Assembly (NCBI GenBank): GCA_964187785.1
Contig: OZ076409.1
Coordinates: 64,110,001 to 64,174,000 of the forward strand
Direction of reading: 5' to 3'
Source of the DNA: Amphiscolops sp. MND2022
Taxonomy: Eukaryota
DNA length: 64,000 nucleotides
Part shown: one piece after another, positions 12,315 to 25,291 of the stretch
Layout of the letters: each line of letters starts with the position of its first letter
Position numbering within the stretch: the first letter of the stretch is position 1
Notes under the pieces: model-generated
The model's input: the letters and a program-made list of their open reading frames with translations, nothing else
Told to the model about the DNA's origin: nothing
The model's database searches: none
Made by a program: the position numbers and the translations under genes

Positions 12315-12714
12315 GTAAGCTCACAGTTTCAACTTTTTTGTGTAGAACATGCGCTATTTGTTATTAGCATGCAGCGTGCTATAGAATTTCATAACCAGAG
12401 CCGCATCATTACCAAAAGATTTCATTGTTGTCGTTCCAGAAAATATAACCATCAAGCAAAAGAGTCGAGTCATTATTCTTTTAGTTTTAAAAAAAATATG
12501 GATTCACTGATAAACCGATATTAGGACCCATAAAAAGGTACACGTTTATTTCAAGGTCAACAAAGATTTCGCAGGTTTCTGAAAATTAAACAAAGAAATC
12601 GCCGTGTTTCCGCCCCAAAATTTTTCCGGTCAGGAATATTTTTCATCTGGGAATTCTGGCAATTCAAATGCGTTTTGCTATTTTTGATCGGCAGCTTGAA
12701 ATACATTTTGGTTT

Positions 12715-13075
12715 TTAGTCGGCGCTTTTTGTAGAAAACGCAGACTATAGCAGTGACTTTTCTTATTTTTTTTTCAGACCAACGAAGTGACAGATTTTAT
12801 TATAAGTTTCATAAGCTGACTTGCACTAACACCAACTGCCACACTACTTCTACTGGCACTTGAGATAGACTTTGTTGAGGTCCCCTTTTACATTTTTCGG
12901 CACTATGCGAATTACCGGAGACCAAAAAAATTTTGAAAAAAACTTCGGAAAAAATTGGATTTTTTCAATTTTTCCTCATGCTGGTACTGTAGAAGAGAAT
13001 ACTTGACACTTTGAAGTCATTTTGCTATTTTTGAGCCTTAGATATGGCACCGACTTGGGCCGTTCCCGGCTTGTT
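12715..13075 (+). mobile_element. Helentron/DINE-like family A copy
   Basis: TTTTTAGTCGGCGCTTTT...AAAACGCAGACT start; end GAGCCTTAGATATGGCACCGACTTGGGCCGTTCCCGGCTTGTT. Confidence 0.75.
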
Positions 13076-13141
13076 TACTCATTTTCAGTGCTTTTTTAAT
13101 CGATTATACGAATATCGCTTTTCATGGATTATCTAGTAGTA

Positions 13142-13951
13142 CTCGATGAACCAAACAAGCCGGGAACGGCCCAAGTCGGCGCCATATCTAAGGCTCAAAA
13201 ATAACAAAAGGACTTCAAAGTGTCAAGTATTCTCTTCTACAGTACCCGTTTGAGGAAAAATTGAAAAAAGATCCGATTTTTGAAATTTTTTAATTTTTTT
13301 TGGTCTCCCGTAAGTCGCATAGTGCCGAAACATGTAAAATGGGGCCCTTTGGAAGTTTTTTAACATCCATTCTTTTGCAAAATAGACAAAAAAATGAAGG
13401 GTGGACCCTTTGGAGATATTTGCGAAAAAAGTCTCACAAAGCCGAAAAAAATTTGCACAAAAAATTTTGGTCATGGCGGGACTCGAACAAATGTCATTCT
13501 GCTTGTCAGACCTCGAAAAAGCCGTAGTGGCCAAGTGGCAGTGAAGTAGTGTGACACAGTTTAGTGTTAGTGCCGGTTTAGTGCCAACTTATAAAATTTA
13601 TAAAATCTGCCAGTTCGTTGGTCTTAAAAAAAGAAGTCACTACTATAGTCTGCGTTTTTCTTCGAAAAGCGCCGACTAAAAACGGAAGCTTTTAAATTTT
13701 CAAATGTCACGTTTCAAAACACCCGTTGAACGCTGCAATTCACCTGGTCAATCATTCAAATTGGCAACTTTGCTTCGAAGTGAAAGAACCAATCAAAAGT
13801 GCCAATGATTGACTGTAAAAGACGTCTAGACTTTTTTCTGAAGGCTCGGACCTAACTTAGTTGAGGATTTGACTACGACTACCTGACAAATGCTTCTTTC
13901 TAAATGATTGACAAAAAAGTTTTTGCGCGTTCCGTTTTTTGGTTCACTCTG
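13142..13951. mobile_element. TA-flanked Tc1/mariner-type MITE split by a family A element
   Basis: Left TA-CTCGATGAACCAAA | AAACGGAA (rejoined across 13154-13677); right TTCCGTTTTTTGGTTCACTCTG-TA; same family as 14439-14815. Confidence 0.7.
13154..13677 (-). mobile_element. Helentron/DINE-like family A copy (reverse)
   Basis: AACAAGCCGGGAACGGCCCAAGTCGGCGCC ... AAAAGCGCCGACT; inserted in an A/T run with no distinct TSD. Confidence 0.8.
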
Positions 13952-14438
13952 TAGAAACTTTCTGAAGTCTCAAAAATTCAAAAATTTGTCAACAAACGTT
14001 TCAAAACTTCGAACGTTGCAAATCTGCTCGCTCGCCATCATTTAAGGGATTTTTGGAACCGACAGAGCCTTCACACATAAATGAAATCAGAATGACTAGT
14101 GAAGACGTCTATACCTTCTCGGAAGGCTCGAAACATCCTCAATAGAAGATTTAATTACGTAATAATAGCTCCATTTTAAACGGTTGATAGAAAAAGAAAG
14201 ATTTTCAGTGCCTTGTTTACAAACATTACGATTTTGAGTTAAAATTTGGTTCGTTACGTTTTTTAGTCCTAGAAAATTCAAAGTACCTGCAACATCTGTC
14301 TAATTTTGTCATCGAAACTGACGTTGTTCGAAACAAATGACTCGGGACAAAATGGAACTTAGAAACTTTTGACATATTGTTGACAAAGTTTTACGCTGGC
14401 GAACTTCATGTGTACCGTTTTTCAATAAATAGAAAGTA

Positions 14439-14815
14439 CTAGGTGACAAAAAAACGGAACGCATAAAAAAATTCACTCTTCAAAATTGTGATATTTGTAA
14501 ACAAGGCGCTTTCACTTTTTCCGTCAAGTATTCAAAATGAAGCTTTCATTTCGTAATCACATCTTCAAATAAGCATGTTTTAGACCTTCTCAGAAAGTCT
14601 AGACATCTTTACCATTACCAGTCATTTTATTTTGTTTGGACTTCTGATGTGCGAAAGTTCTTTGACACTCGAATGTGTGAAAGAAAAGTTGTCAAATTGA
14701 ATGATTGACAAGCTGAATTTTAGTGTTCAAAGTTGTTTTGTTAAGTTTGTTGTCAATTATTTGACATTTTGAGAACTCAAAAATTTTTATGTGTTCCGTT
14801 TTTTGGTTCACCTAG
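14439..14815. mobile_element. Tc1/mariner-type MITE
   Basis: TA-CTAGGTGAC(A)nCGGAAC ... GTTCCG(T)6GGTTCACCTAG-TA; ends 56 bp before the AF10 PHD exon. Confidence 0.8.
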
Positions 14816-14871
14816 TATTTTGAAGACAAAAAGCAGTTTTTCGCCTACTTGTAGTTTTGTGCTCGTTCCAG

Positions 14872-15323
14872 GATGGGCTCATGTTGTGTGCGCTCTGTAC
14901 ATTCAAGAAGTCAGCTTCGGTGATATGTCCGCTCTGGAGCCGATCATCGTGACAAACGTGCCTAAAGAGAGATTCAAACAGACATGTTCTATCTGCACCG
15001 AGAGACAACAGACCCACCTAGCTGGTCTAGGGGCCTGTATGTCATGCTCTAAGTCAGGATGCAAGTCGGCCTTCCATGTCACGTGTGCCCAGGAAAAGGG
15101 CTTTCTATTTGAGGAACACGTAAACAACAACAGTCTGAATAATAACAACATCGATGGGCCCGATGCTTCTGCTTCCGTTGGGGGCGGACTGACCCCTCAA
15201 ACTAACGGGGAGAAATCTGCCACTTCAACCACACCGAACAGCAATGCCACCTCTCTCAATGGTGCATCTGGAAATGTCACTGTCAACTATCGCGGATACT
15301 GTGCATTACATATCACCAAACTG
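14872..15323 (+). CDS. MLLT10: AF10/AF17-family protein, zinc knuckle/PHD2 exon of the PZP domain
   Basis: GWAHVVCALYIQEV...CSIC...GACMSCSKSGCKSAFHVTCAQ...YRGYCALH; CCAG acceptor (phase 1), GTTAGC donor (phase 0). Confidence 0.93.
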
Positions 15324-16892
15324 GTTAGCTTATATTGCAACTATATCTTCTTCGTTCGTCTTTTTAGTCTGCGCTCTCGATAGAAAACGTATTCTGTAGT
15401 AGTGATTTTTTCAGAAATACTCAGACTGACAGATTCTATAATTATTTCTATAAATCTCTTCGTTTCGTTTTCCTGTAACTGGCGCGGCCTAGTGCAAAGA
15501 GTGCGGGACTGGGAATTTTTTGGGTTTCGAAGCTATTACGCGGTATCGTTTAGCTGCGGAATATTGCCCGAGTTCTACTAAAGTTACAAAGCATATTTAA
15601 ATTTTCTGAACGATATTCTAATTTGATGTAGGAGTCATTTAGTAACTTCGATCTTGAGTCCCTTAAAAGCTTCTGATTTTGAAAAGTTTTCAGGAAATCC
15701 TCATTTTGAACCAGCAACTTTTTGGAAAGCCAATCCCTTTGGCTAGCAGTCAATTCTTCAATCAAGTAGACCAAGTTTTCCTAGTTTTACTTTGTTTGGC
15801 CTAGTCATCTTGAACGCTGCAGAAAACGCCTTTGACCCAGCTTTGGATCGTTTCACAGAATTTTTCATCTCTAATTTCTCACGTGATATCCAGTTTGATC
15901 TTTTTTAAACGATAATTGCTTTCGGAATGATTTAGATCGAACCGATTTTCGAATTTTTGATTATTTTCGGTGACATTAATAACACCGAAAAATATCAATT
16001 CTCCACGTTTATGAACGTTTACGACTGTTTTTTTTCGGAATTGCTCTACGGGATTTCTTTCAAATGAAGGTTAATTGAAAGGCCTGTCATTTTAGATTAT
16101 TGATTCAAGTGAACCTGCTTTCCGCATTTGTTTTTAGTTGTCCTTTGACTCCTGGAGAACTATTTAATTTCAATTGAAATTCTAAAATTTGAGAAAGTTG
16201 TTGGGAAAGGCCTACTTTCCAGCCAACAAATTTCTGCTAGCAGGCAGTTCGTTTAGCAAGTAATCAAGTGTCAAGAAAACAGTTACCTGGGCCGTATGCA
16301 AAAAGCCTTTCGCCCCTATTTTCTTGCGTTTTGCCAGGCGGTGGTTGTCGGTTCTATTCAAATCAGTGTCGTATTTTTCGTCCTATCAAATTGAATTTCA
16401 CCAACATTTTTTGCATTACAAATATATGTATGGAAGGCGAATATAACATTGGGTGGGTACATGCTCTCACAGTTTTTACTGGCAGGCCAGGGCCATTCAT
16501 CAATAGCCACCAATGGACCACCGAATGCCATCAGTGGACACGAACAAGCTTTTTTGAGATATTTTTTTTCAGGTGGCCATCGGCGGAGAAATCTCGGATC
16601 TCAACTTCATTTTCGTTTGGGAACTACAATTTTTAGTTGAATTCTTCAACACTTGGACAGTTAGGTTGATATGACATTGTTTTGAGGTGCCTTCATGGCC
16701 CAGGATTGCATTTGTTGTCTGTAAGCAATGTTGCCCTACATATATAGCTCAGTGTAAAAAAACAAGTATATAGCTCATATATGCAGTTCATATACAGCTC
16801 AAAAACAAAATTAAAGCACAGACAGCGTAGGGTTGGCAAAATAAGAACTGTCAAACAATAAAACGCCGGTTCCAAACTCGACGGTTTCATTA

Positions 16893-19204
16893 TTATTTTC
16901 CGCCCATATTTCATATATGGGAAAGGAAAATATTTAAATCAAACGGTTTTTTTTTACAAAATTTGCCAAGAATTTATTTATGTTCAACTTTAAGGGTGTT
17001 ACCCATAGAATTCAACTCACATAAATTTAGCTTCGTGCGATATGTAATTGTAGAGATTTTTGGAGTTTTTTAAAAAGACGAAAATGACCCCTTAATGACG
17101 AAATGACCCCTTAATGACGAAATGACCCCTTAATGACGAAATGACCCCGAAAATGTACCCAGAAAATTCCCAAATTTCTCAATTTTTTAACGTCTTTATG
17201 CAATTTTTGTCATTTTTTTGAGAGACACCGCAAATCAGAATGTTGAAAACGTTCAACAGGGCACGAATTCATTCTCCAATAGTCTTCTATGAAGAGATAA
17301 ATGCGATTTTGTACCAGAAAATTGACCCCAAAAATGACAAAAATTCCAAAATTTTCTGATTTTTAACAATTTTAAGCAATTTTTGTCAAATTTTCGACAT
17401 ACTTCGTTAAACAAAATGTTGAGAACGCTCAACATGGCACGCATTTGCTGTCCGGTAGGCTTTTCAGAAAAGGTAATTGCTTTTTTCCAAATGAAAAAGG
17501 TCTCAAATTGATACCGAAAATAACAAAAAAAAACCAAAACTTTCCATTTTTCAAACTTTTAAATGCATTTTTGTCAAATTTTCGACAGACTTCGTAGATT
17601 AGAATGTTGAGAAGCGTCAGCAAGGAAAACGTCTTAGTCCAGTAGGCTTTTCTAAAGAATTTATTGCAGTTCTCTTAATGAAAAATATCTCAAATTGGCC
17701 CCGAAAAAAAACAGAAACTCCAAAATTTCTCAATTTTTACCGTTTTCATGCAATTTTTGTCAATTTACTGATAAACATCGCAAATTAGAATGTTGCAAAC
17801 GTTCAACAAGGCACGATGTTGTTGTCCAATAGTTTTCTAGGAAGAGATAAATGCGGTTTTGTTAGAGAAAATTGACCCAATAAATGACCAAAATTCCAAA
17901 AATTTCCCGATTTTTAACGATTTTATTCAATTTTTGTCGAATTTTAGTAGGACTTCGTTAATTAGAATGTTGAAAACGGTCAAAGTGGCCCGTATTAGCT
18001 GTCCAGTAGGCTTTTCCGAAATGAATATTTCTATTTTCTAAATGAAAAAGGTCTCAAATTGAAACCGAAAGTGACAAAAAACCCAAAACTTTCCATTTTT
18101 CGAATTTTTTATGCAATTTTTGTCACATTTTCGACAGACTTCGTAGTTCAGAATGTTGCGAAGCGTAGGCAAGGAACAGTATTGGTCCAAAACGTTTTTC
18201 CGAAGAATTTAATGCAGTTTTCTAGATGAAGAAAATCTCAAGTTGGCACCAAAAAACGACAAAAAACCCAAAATTTTCCTATTTTCAATAGCTATGGAGA
18301 ACACCTTCCAAAGGAAAATGTTTCAAGCTATATCGTGGGTTAGAATGGTGTAAGCAATAAACAACAACTAAACTTGGTGTCCAGTAGGCCTATTTGTGAA
18401 AAGACATCTGTAGATTCATGTTAGAAAAGTTCCTCAAATTGATCCCAAAGTTGTCAGAAAAAATTCTAATTTTTGACACCTTTGATGGAACTATGTGCAA
18501 AAATATACCAACCAGGGACCGCTCAAGTTCCTTAAACTTGCAAATGACCTAGTTTCAAGCCTAAACCATTTTCTCAGTGCCAAAAATAATCCCAATAAAT
18601 ACTCCTGAGACTCTGAAACCATTTTTTTCCCAACAGGATTTTCAGAACGCCATCTTTTTGATTTTTTTTTCGGTAAAATCCTATGAAGGCGAAACAAGTT
18701 TCAGCTCACAATCTACCTTTTTTATGCCGAAATCAGCTATGAAATCAAGGGGCTACGCTTTGACCAAATGAAAATTTCGGGAAGAGGCACTGAGCCGAAA
18801 AAAACTGAAATGATGTATTTTCAACAGTCAATAAGAGACTCCATCAGTTCCACATGATTAAAAGTAACGGAAAGGTCACCCGTAAGACTCGGGAAACTTA
18901 TTTCTTTCACAGAAAACCTCAAAAACTAAAAATTGCAAAAAATATTTTTCGAAAATTGTTTTCGAAAAAAAAAATTTCACTCGGTAAGTCGCATAGTGTC
19001 GAAATTACGAAAACTGGCCAGCTATCGCAGAAATACTAAAATAAAGGTGTTTCCTTCACAACTGGGCAAAGATAAATCGAAGCTTTCTTTTCTTCGAACT
19101 TCTTAGCGTTTTTATAGTGCATTAGTTATCCTTGAGCCTCAAATTTATGTAGTTGTAGAACAGTTCGGGCGGAAAATATCTCGCTGCTCAGCGGGCGTCT
19201 TGTT
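16893..19204 (+). mobile_element. Long family B Helentron/DINE-like element with an internal satellite array of about 184-bp units
   Basis: 5' TTTTCCGCCCATATTTCATATATGGGAAAGGAAAA; 19-bp minisatellite at about 17077-17148; tandem units at about 17150-18290; 3' GGGCGGAAAATATCTCGCTGCTCAGCGGGCGTCTTGTT; homologous to 29497-32749. Confidence 0.8.
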
Positions 19205-19949
19205 CTGAATAAAATTAGAATATTTCCGTGTTAACCCCAGTGGTCCACTCATGGCGACCGTGAATTACTTATTGACCACCGATGGGGATGTGATGGTAAT
19301 TCCAGTGACCACTGATAGGTTGCCAGAAAAGACAAGAGCTGAAAAGACAAAATGGTCCCCCTCTTCAGTTTTTTTCGACCTTGACACTTTCCCCCGGTTT
19401 CCCCTCATTTTTTAAAGAGGTTCCTTTTGAATGCTTTAAGTTTCCAACCTCGTAAGAACGAATCCGAAGGTTCCCCGTTCTGATCGAATTAGCATTGTTG
19501 GACTGTTTCGAAATTTTGCAACAGTCTTTCGCCGATGTTCCGAGCGTCGTTACCCAATTGAAATTGTTTAATTGCTTCAACTTTCAATTTTGATTGGCGC
19601 GTAAAGTAAGTTTCCCGGCGCAGAGAGAACCTAGATACTGTCCCAGTTTGGAGCAGATTTTTGGGACGTTTGCCGCATGATTTCAGGGCTCTATAGTTTG
19701 TGCAGCTTGTCTAGAATCCAATGGTGGTATGTTCTGTGCCATAAACATTTTAAATGAAATATTTGCTTTTTCATATATAGTTTTGTATTTAGAAAACCAC
19801 AATACCAATCCTAATGCATTCAAATCCTTTATATAGATTTTTAAAACTTTTTGAACCTGATGTTTTTAAAAACAATTATAAAAACAATTTCTGCTAGCAG
19901 GCAGTTCGTTTAGCAAGTAATCAAGTGTCAAGAAAACAGTTTAGAAATC

Positions 19950-20247
19950 TAAACATATCCATGACTTCGGCTGATTTAGGGTAGATAATTAGTATGAAAT
20001 TTGTCAAAAAGTTGTAGGTAATTCGGTAAAAACCTAGCAACAACGATAAGCCTCGATTTCGCTCTAAAATAGCTCAATTTAATTTTCAGATTTTTGGTCA
20101 CAGAAATTACCGCAGAAACAATGTAAACCAGATGAAATTCTAAGAAATTTTAATCCTGATGTTTTTTTGAAGTTTTTCATCCGGCTTCGAGAAATCCAAG
20201 TCTAAAATTGGCCCGCGGACGATTTCTGAACCACACTACTTACTGTA
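19950..20247 (-). mobile_element. MITE remnant related to 1793-2409
   Basis: Reverse-complement similarity around TAAACCAGATGAAATTCTAAGAAA and terminal TACTGTA. Confidence 0.45.
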
Positions 20248-21918
20248 CATTACGCAAAAATGATAGGGCAGTATTTGGTTATCAACAATAAACAAATTGA
20301 TTTTGCTTCAACAAACTGAAACAAAAATTTTGCTGAAACAAACTTCCTGTCACTAATTTTTCGAAACTTCTTTACAGTGAAGATTTTTTTCGAAATGATG
20401 TTGACTATCAGTTATTCATAGTTAAAATCGCTGACTCAGAACAAAAGAAAACGAGAGGATCGGATACTATTCTTTCAACATTTTAGCTTTTCTCGATTGA
20501 TCATAAGACTATTGCTTCTAGTTTTTCAAAGACAAGAAAGTGTATATATAAAAATATATTCTGCATACTTTTTCTTGAGGCAACATTTGGATGCACTCAT
20601 TTTTATCATTTTTTGAAAAGTTTAATTCTACTATGCAAGTATGTGATAGTTAGAAAACAGCCAAGTTTGTTTTTACAGTGGCAGCTTGCACCAGTTTTAT
20701 CAAACAAAACTAAGTTGAGTCGAAGTTTTCACGAAGGCAGAAATATTGCAGTTCAGCTAAAAGCTGCTGCGTTTGCTCAACAAAAACGACGACTAGTTTT
20801 AAAGTTACTTACTTACAATCGGTATATTTCTGTGGTACAAGAACACTTTTTAACTTTCTAAGTTTTGTATGCAGCAGAAACTTGTTTTACATTGCAGCAT
20901 TTATTTAATTCTACATTTTGTGGTTCCAGTCTCAATTTTTTGCGTATTATAGGCTGCCGGTGTGCATTGAATCGATTTCTGATCGAGTATGACGCTATTG
21001 TATATTATGTATAAAGTACATGCCAACTTCTGGCACTTAAACCTTCTATACGGCGAAGCTACTGTAAATGTACTCCAAAAATGTGAAATAATGTGTATAA
21101 CGCGCGCGGTACAGCCTTTATAAAAATGTATATTGTATTTTGCATTGTATATACAGCGCTCATTTTAATGCGAGCTGAACCGTCGAAGTGTACCGCGTAT
21201 CGTGCGTGTTTTGTACACAGATACTGCGAGCTGAAGAAACATAACACCTGTACTTTGCAGAAGATACCACGGGAATCATTACAAATTCAGGCAGCTAGAA
21301 ATTAAAGGAAAAATTGCTGATCCCTGAGACTGCAGCCGCCGGTTTGGTGTTGCTGTTTCTATGTGTCGTCGTTTTTTATTCTCTGGCTGGCATATGATGG
21401 ATTTTTGAACACGTTCGGCTTTGTTATTGTATTATTTACTTGCCAGATATATTGAACTGCTACAGCAGAATTTTTGGTTTGTGCGCTCAATGCAGAAGGA
21501 AGCTGTTGTCGATCAGTATCCTTGTGCGCAAAGCGCTGCTCCTGCTCTTGTTCTTTCTAGTGCTGCTGCTTTGCCGCTGCATTTCTGTCCGTTCACCTTT
21601 ATTCCTTAGCCTCAGTCGCAGTGTAAGGAATAAACTCCTTATATTCCTATACTCACTATCAAATTTTAGCTGCGTGTACACTGAGTTGTAGAGCCGCACG
21701 CGGTCGCCGCGTAGTCTTATATATTGCAAGAGTGGTCGTCAGTGCTACAAGGAATTATATTGGTGTTGTAGAAACTGCATACAATGGAACCATTTCATTT
21801 ACCTACATATCACATTTCTGGTTTTTTCTTGTCCTCCTTTCATTTTTAAATCAGAAGCAGATTACAATTAAAAGAGGTGTCGGCTTGGCCATTTAAAAGC
21901 CTAGTTTTGTTGTTTCAG

Positions 21919-23479
21919 CGGAACAGTGGTAAAATACAAAGAACCAATGTGTCGTTAAAAACTATTCTGGGTCCAGAAGTGCAGCGCCCCTTGCAAGTTA
22001 CCTCTCAGAATGTACTTAGTCCAACGGGCCTGAAAAACAAAGCAACTGCGGCCGCTTCTAATGAATTTGCCTTCTCGAACAAACGAAGACTGCATTCGAA
22101 CTCAAGTGGAGGCAGTAATTCCCATCTGGACTCAATAGATGAACCAGCTACCCTTAACCAGTCAGTGAATTCAGTGGCAGCGGCTGCGGGAGTCTCTGTC
22201 AACCCCATCCAAACTTCCTCGTCTCTGACCAGCACCACAAGAAAGGGAATACTCACTTGCACCCCAACCCCCACCTCTTTGCTACATTCAGCTGCTGGGC
22301 CCAGCTCTTGCGATATTGTTGTGAGCAGTTCTTCTCAGCAGCAACATCAGCCCACTGTTTTTGACTCATTGATAGTGAAATCGCAGCAGCATAACTACAA
22401 CTCCTCGGCCAGATTACCGCCGTCTGTTGTCAGCACAGGAGCTCACTTGGCGCTATCTGCTGTCCCGACATCATCCATGGTATCCCAACTCGGCGGCTCT
22501 GTTTCCTCAGCTTCCTCTTCCAGTAACTCTCAATCTGCTTCCGAGAAACACGTGAACTGTTCTGTTTCCTCTTCGTCTTCGCAGCTGCATCAGATCGCAC
22601 TGCTCAACAATACCTCATCTACGGGATCCAAGGGGACAGGTGCGCATGTAGCATTCCCCAACTTGAATTCAAACGGATTTCTCAGAGTTGCATCATCAGC
22701 AGATAATTCAAACAGCTCCAATTTACCTCTTACAGCTTCTAACGGCGAAGTGTTTCCTCCCTATACTCTCAACTCCGGACCCAACAAGAACATGCCCTTA
22801 GCAAATAGATCACAAAACAATGTAAGCGCCAACATGGGCATGTCTACTAGTTACAATCAAAGCTTATCTACAAGCTCAAACAACAGAAGTAATCTACATT
22901 CAAAAACTCATTCTAAGCAAGAAAAGGCTGGACTTTGGTCACAAGGGCGGAAAAATGACAAGCAAATTCCAAACGGAACTTTGTCGTCAGATGCTTCGTC
23001 AGTGGGCACTCCCCCTCCCCAGAAGAAGCAACGAGTGAAAATGAGAAAAAATGCAGCTGTCGCAGCTTCTCAGCCACCACAATCCAATGTTGCCAACCCG
23101 CCCAATTCCTCTCAACTCTCGCCTTTTGCAGCTATGGAAGCAACCCAACCTCAGCATCCAATGGGTAATAAAAGAACCAAACAAATGGCAAACTCCACCA
23201 ATCATAGCAACGGAAACAACAATGTGTTCCTTGAGAGTCCAGTGAGGGCTGGCAATGATGATGGTTCCAGTATTTTGACGTCTGGCAGTCCATGTGCAAA
23301 CTCTTCGAACACCTGCGCCGTGTCTCCTGGTGCGTTTTCTTACCCCAACAACCAGAACTTGCTGACCATGAATGGTGGAATTGTGAAACCTGTTAACACA
23401 ATTTTATCCCCTTTGCTTTCCACTGGATCTCATTCGCCCATGTCAACTTCTGATGTTTTCCCGAATACTGCCAAAAAAG
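21919..23479 (+). CDS. MLLT10: AF10-family protein, large Ser/Asn-rich disordered exon
   Basis: 1561-nt open exon; TTTCAG acceptor (phase 0), GTAACT donor (phase 1); basic NLS-like PPPQKKQRVKMRK. Confidence 0.88.
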
Positions 23480-23682
23480 GTAACTAAAAAAGCTTATAAC
23501 TTGACGACCAAATAACTATGGAAAATTTTATCACGTAAAAAGTTTACCCTAATGGTTGAAAGCAAGTTTAATCGTTGCTCAAGTTGAAGTCCGCCAAGAC
23601 ATGGTATTTTGCATAATTGTGGTTTTGTATTTCAAACTCATCTAATAAGTTAATTAGTAATGGCATTTTTGTTTGTTTTCAG

Positions 23683-24156
23683 ATAAAATTCTGATGATCG
23701 AAAACAAAGGTATCGAGTCGTGGTCTCAAGACCAGTTTTTGCACGCCGCGTCCTCGAAGTATACTGCAGTTCCTGTTTCCAACTTGAAGCCTGAACGATG
23801 CAATTCTTCTACCAACAACGCAGCAAACGGCAACAACACTCTTATACACTTACAGTCTTCCGATTTATGCGACCAATATAGGTATGGTACTAACCAGAAC
23901 GCGCTGTTGCACCATTCAAACGTTCCCTTGGATGCATCAACGGGGACGACAGCGACGGGTGACAACCTTGGACAGCATAAGATGACGACATCAGCTCGTG
24001 GCAGCAGCAGCGGTGGAAACTCTTGCTCGAATGGCATGCGAGTAACCTCCAACAACTCTTCAGGGGGCCATTCTCTAACTTCCATGGTCAGCCTATTGGA
24101 AGAACAATGGAATCAAGGATCCCAGTTTTTGATGCTCCAAGGGAAGAAATACAACA
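23683..24156 (+). CDS. MLLT10: AF10-family protein, exon with the octapeptide motif (OM)
   Basis: TTTCAG / GTAAGT, phase 1-1; SLLEEQWNQGSQFLMLQG matches AF10 QLLERQWSEGQQFLLEQG. Confidence 0.92.
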
Positions 24157-24632
24157 GTAAGTTATCTTGTGTCCTCATTCATTCCAGAGCTCCCGTTGTC
24201 GATCTCATTCTGCTGCCTGATTGATTTTCACCAGCGGAGGAAAAATCTTGTAGTATTCACACTGTAGATGGTTTCAAAGAAATTAAAGAATTGCAGTCAT
24301 ACTGAGAATGTATCGAAAAATGAATCTAAACTGATGATAAGACTAGAACGTTAAACGGTTCTTTTTAATCTCTTTAATCTCTAGTATAACTATGAAAGAA
24401 AAATGATACGGTTTTTGCTAGAATTTTGTTGGAATTCACGTGGCTGTCATGCAAATGTTTTCGAAATTTCATTTGTCCATGGTTGTTGATTGATATATTA
24501 CAGTTATGGGATTATCGTATAATATAAGCGTGTTTCTCATAAGGTTTCAGTTTATCGTTTGAAATTTTTACGGCTTCAATTGTCTGTTTAATTTTTCTAG
24601 GTAAAAGAAAAATACGTAATTGTTCATTTCAG

Positions 24633-25291
24633 TTCCTTCGTTGCTGTCCAGTTTGTACGAGTTGCAAATGGAGAATCGACAACTAGAGAGTGAACTGGCC
24701 GAAGTGACTTCTCGGAGGAAACAACTGCAGATGATGAACCAGCACCTCTCGATACCTTTGTCCCAAACTTCTGCCGCCGCCGTGGCCACCGGGGGTCATG
24801 GGCACAATGCTGCTGTCGCAGCCTCAACAAGCGCATCTTCTGGGGCTGTACACGTCACTGGCAACCCTCAAAGCCACGTTGCTGCTAATGCTGCCGCCAC
24901 CAGCATCGTATGTCCTACCGGGTCCATCGCCGTGGCAAGTGCTCCTAACTCGATGAGTGCCGGTGGCGCCGCGGCTTCGGCTCTTGCTATACACGCTCCT
25001 CACACAAATACTGTGAACGCTGGAACAAGCACAAACAACAACATTGACAGCATATCTATCGCAGACACGCCCATCCCAACTTCCAACACGGCGGCCATTG
25101 ATGGTATGCACCCAGGAACCGTGGGCGCACCTGCACTGTCCCAGAACTCTCAAGTTCTCGGGAGGTCCAAAATGGGCGGTGCTGGCGGACGAGGATCTGC
25201 GTCATTGACCAGTTCCTCTATGAACCCAACCACTTCTTCGGATGACTTGATACCCTCTAGTTTCCTGTTGGGAGCCAAAAATGTGAATGAG
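24633..25291 (+). CDS. MLLT10: AF10-family protein, leucine-zipper exon (DOT1L-binding OM-LZ)
   Basis: TTTCAG / GTGAGT; LLSSLYELQMENRQLESELAEVTSRRKQLQMMNQHLS matches AF10 MLKSLHQLQVENRRLEEQIKNLTAKKERLQLLNAQLS. Confidence 0.92.

Noticed and set aside
20950..21730. GC-richer intronic segment with several short ORFs as extra AF10 exons or a transposon
   Set aside because: No recognisable protein similarity, no clear paired termini, and the flanking AF10 exons are already phase-compatible without it.
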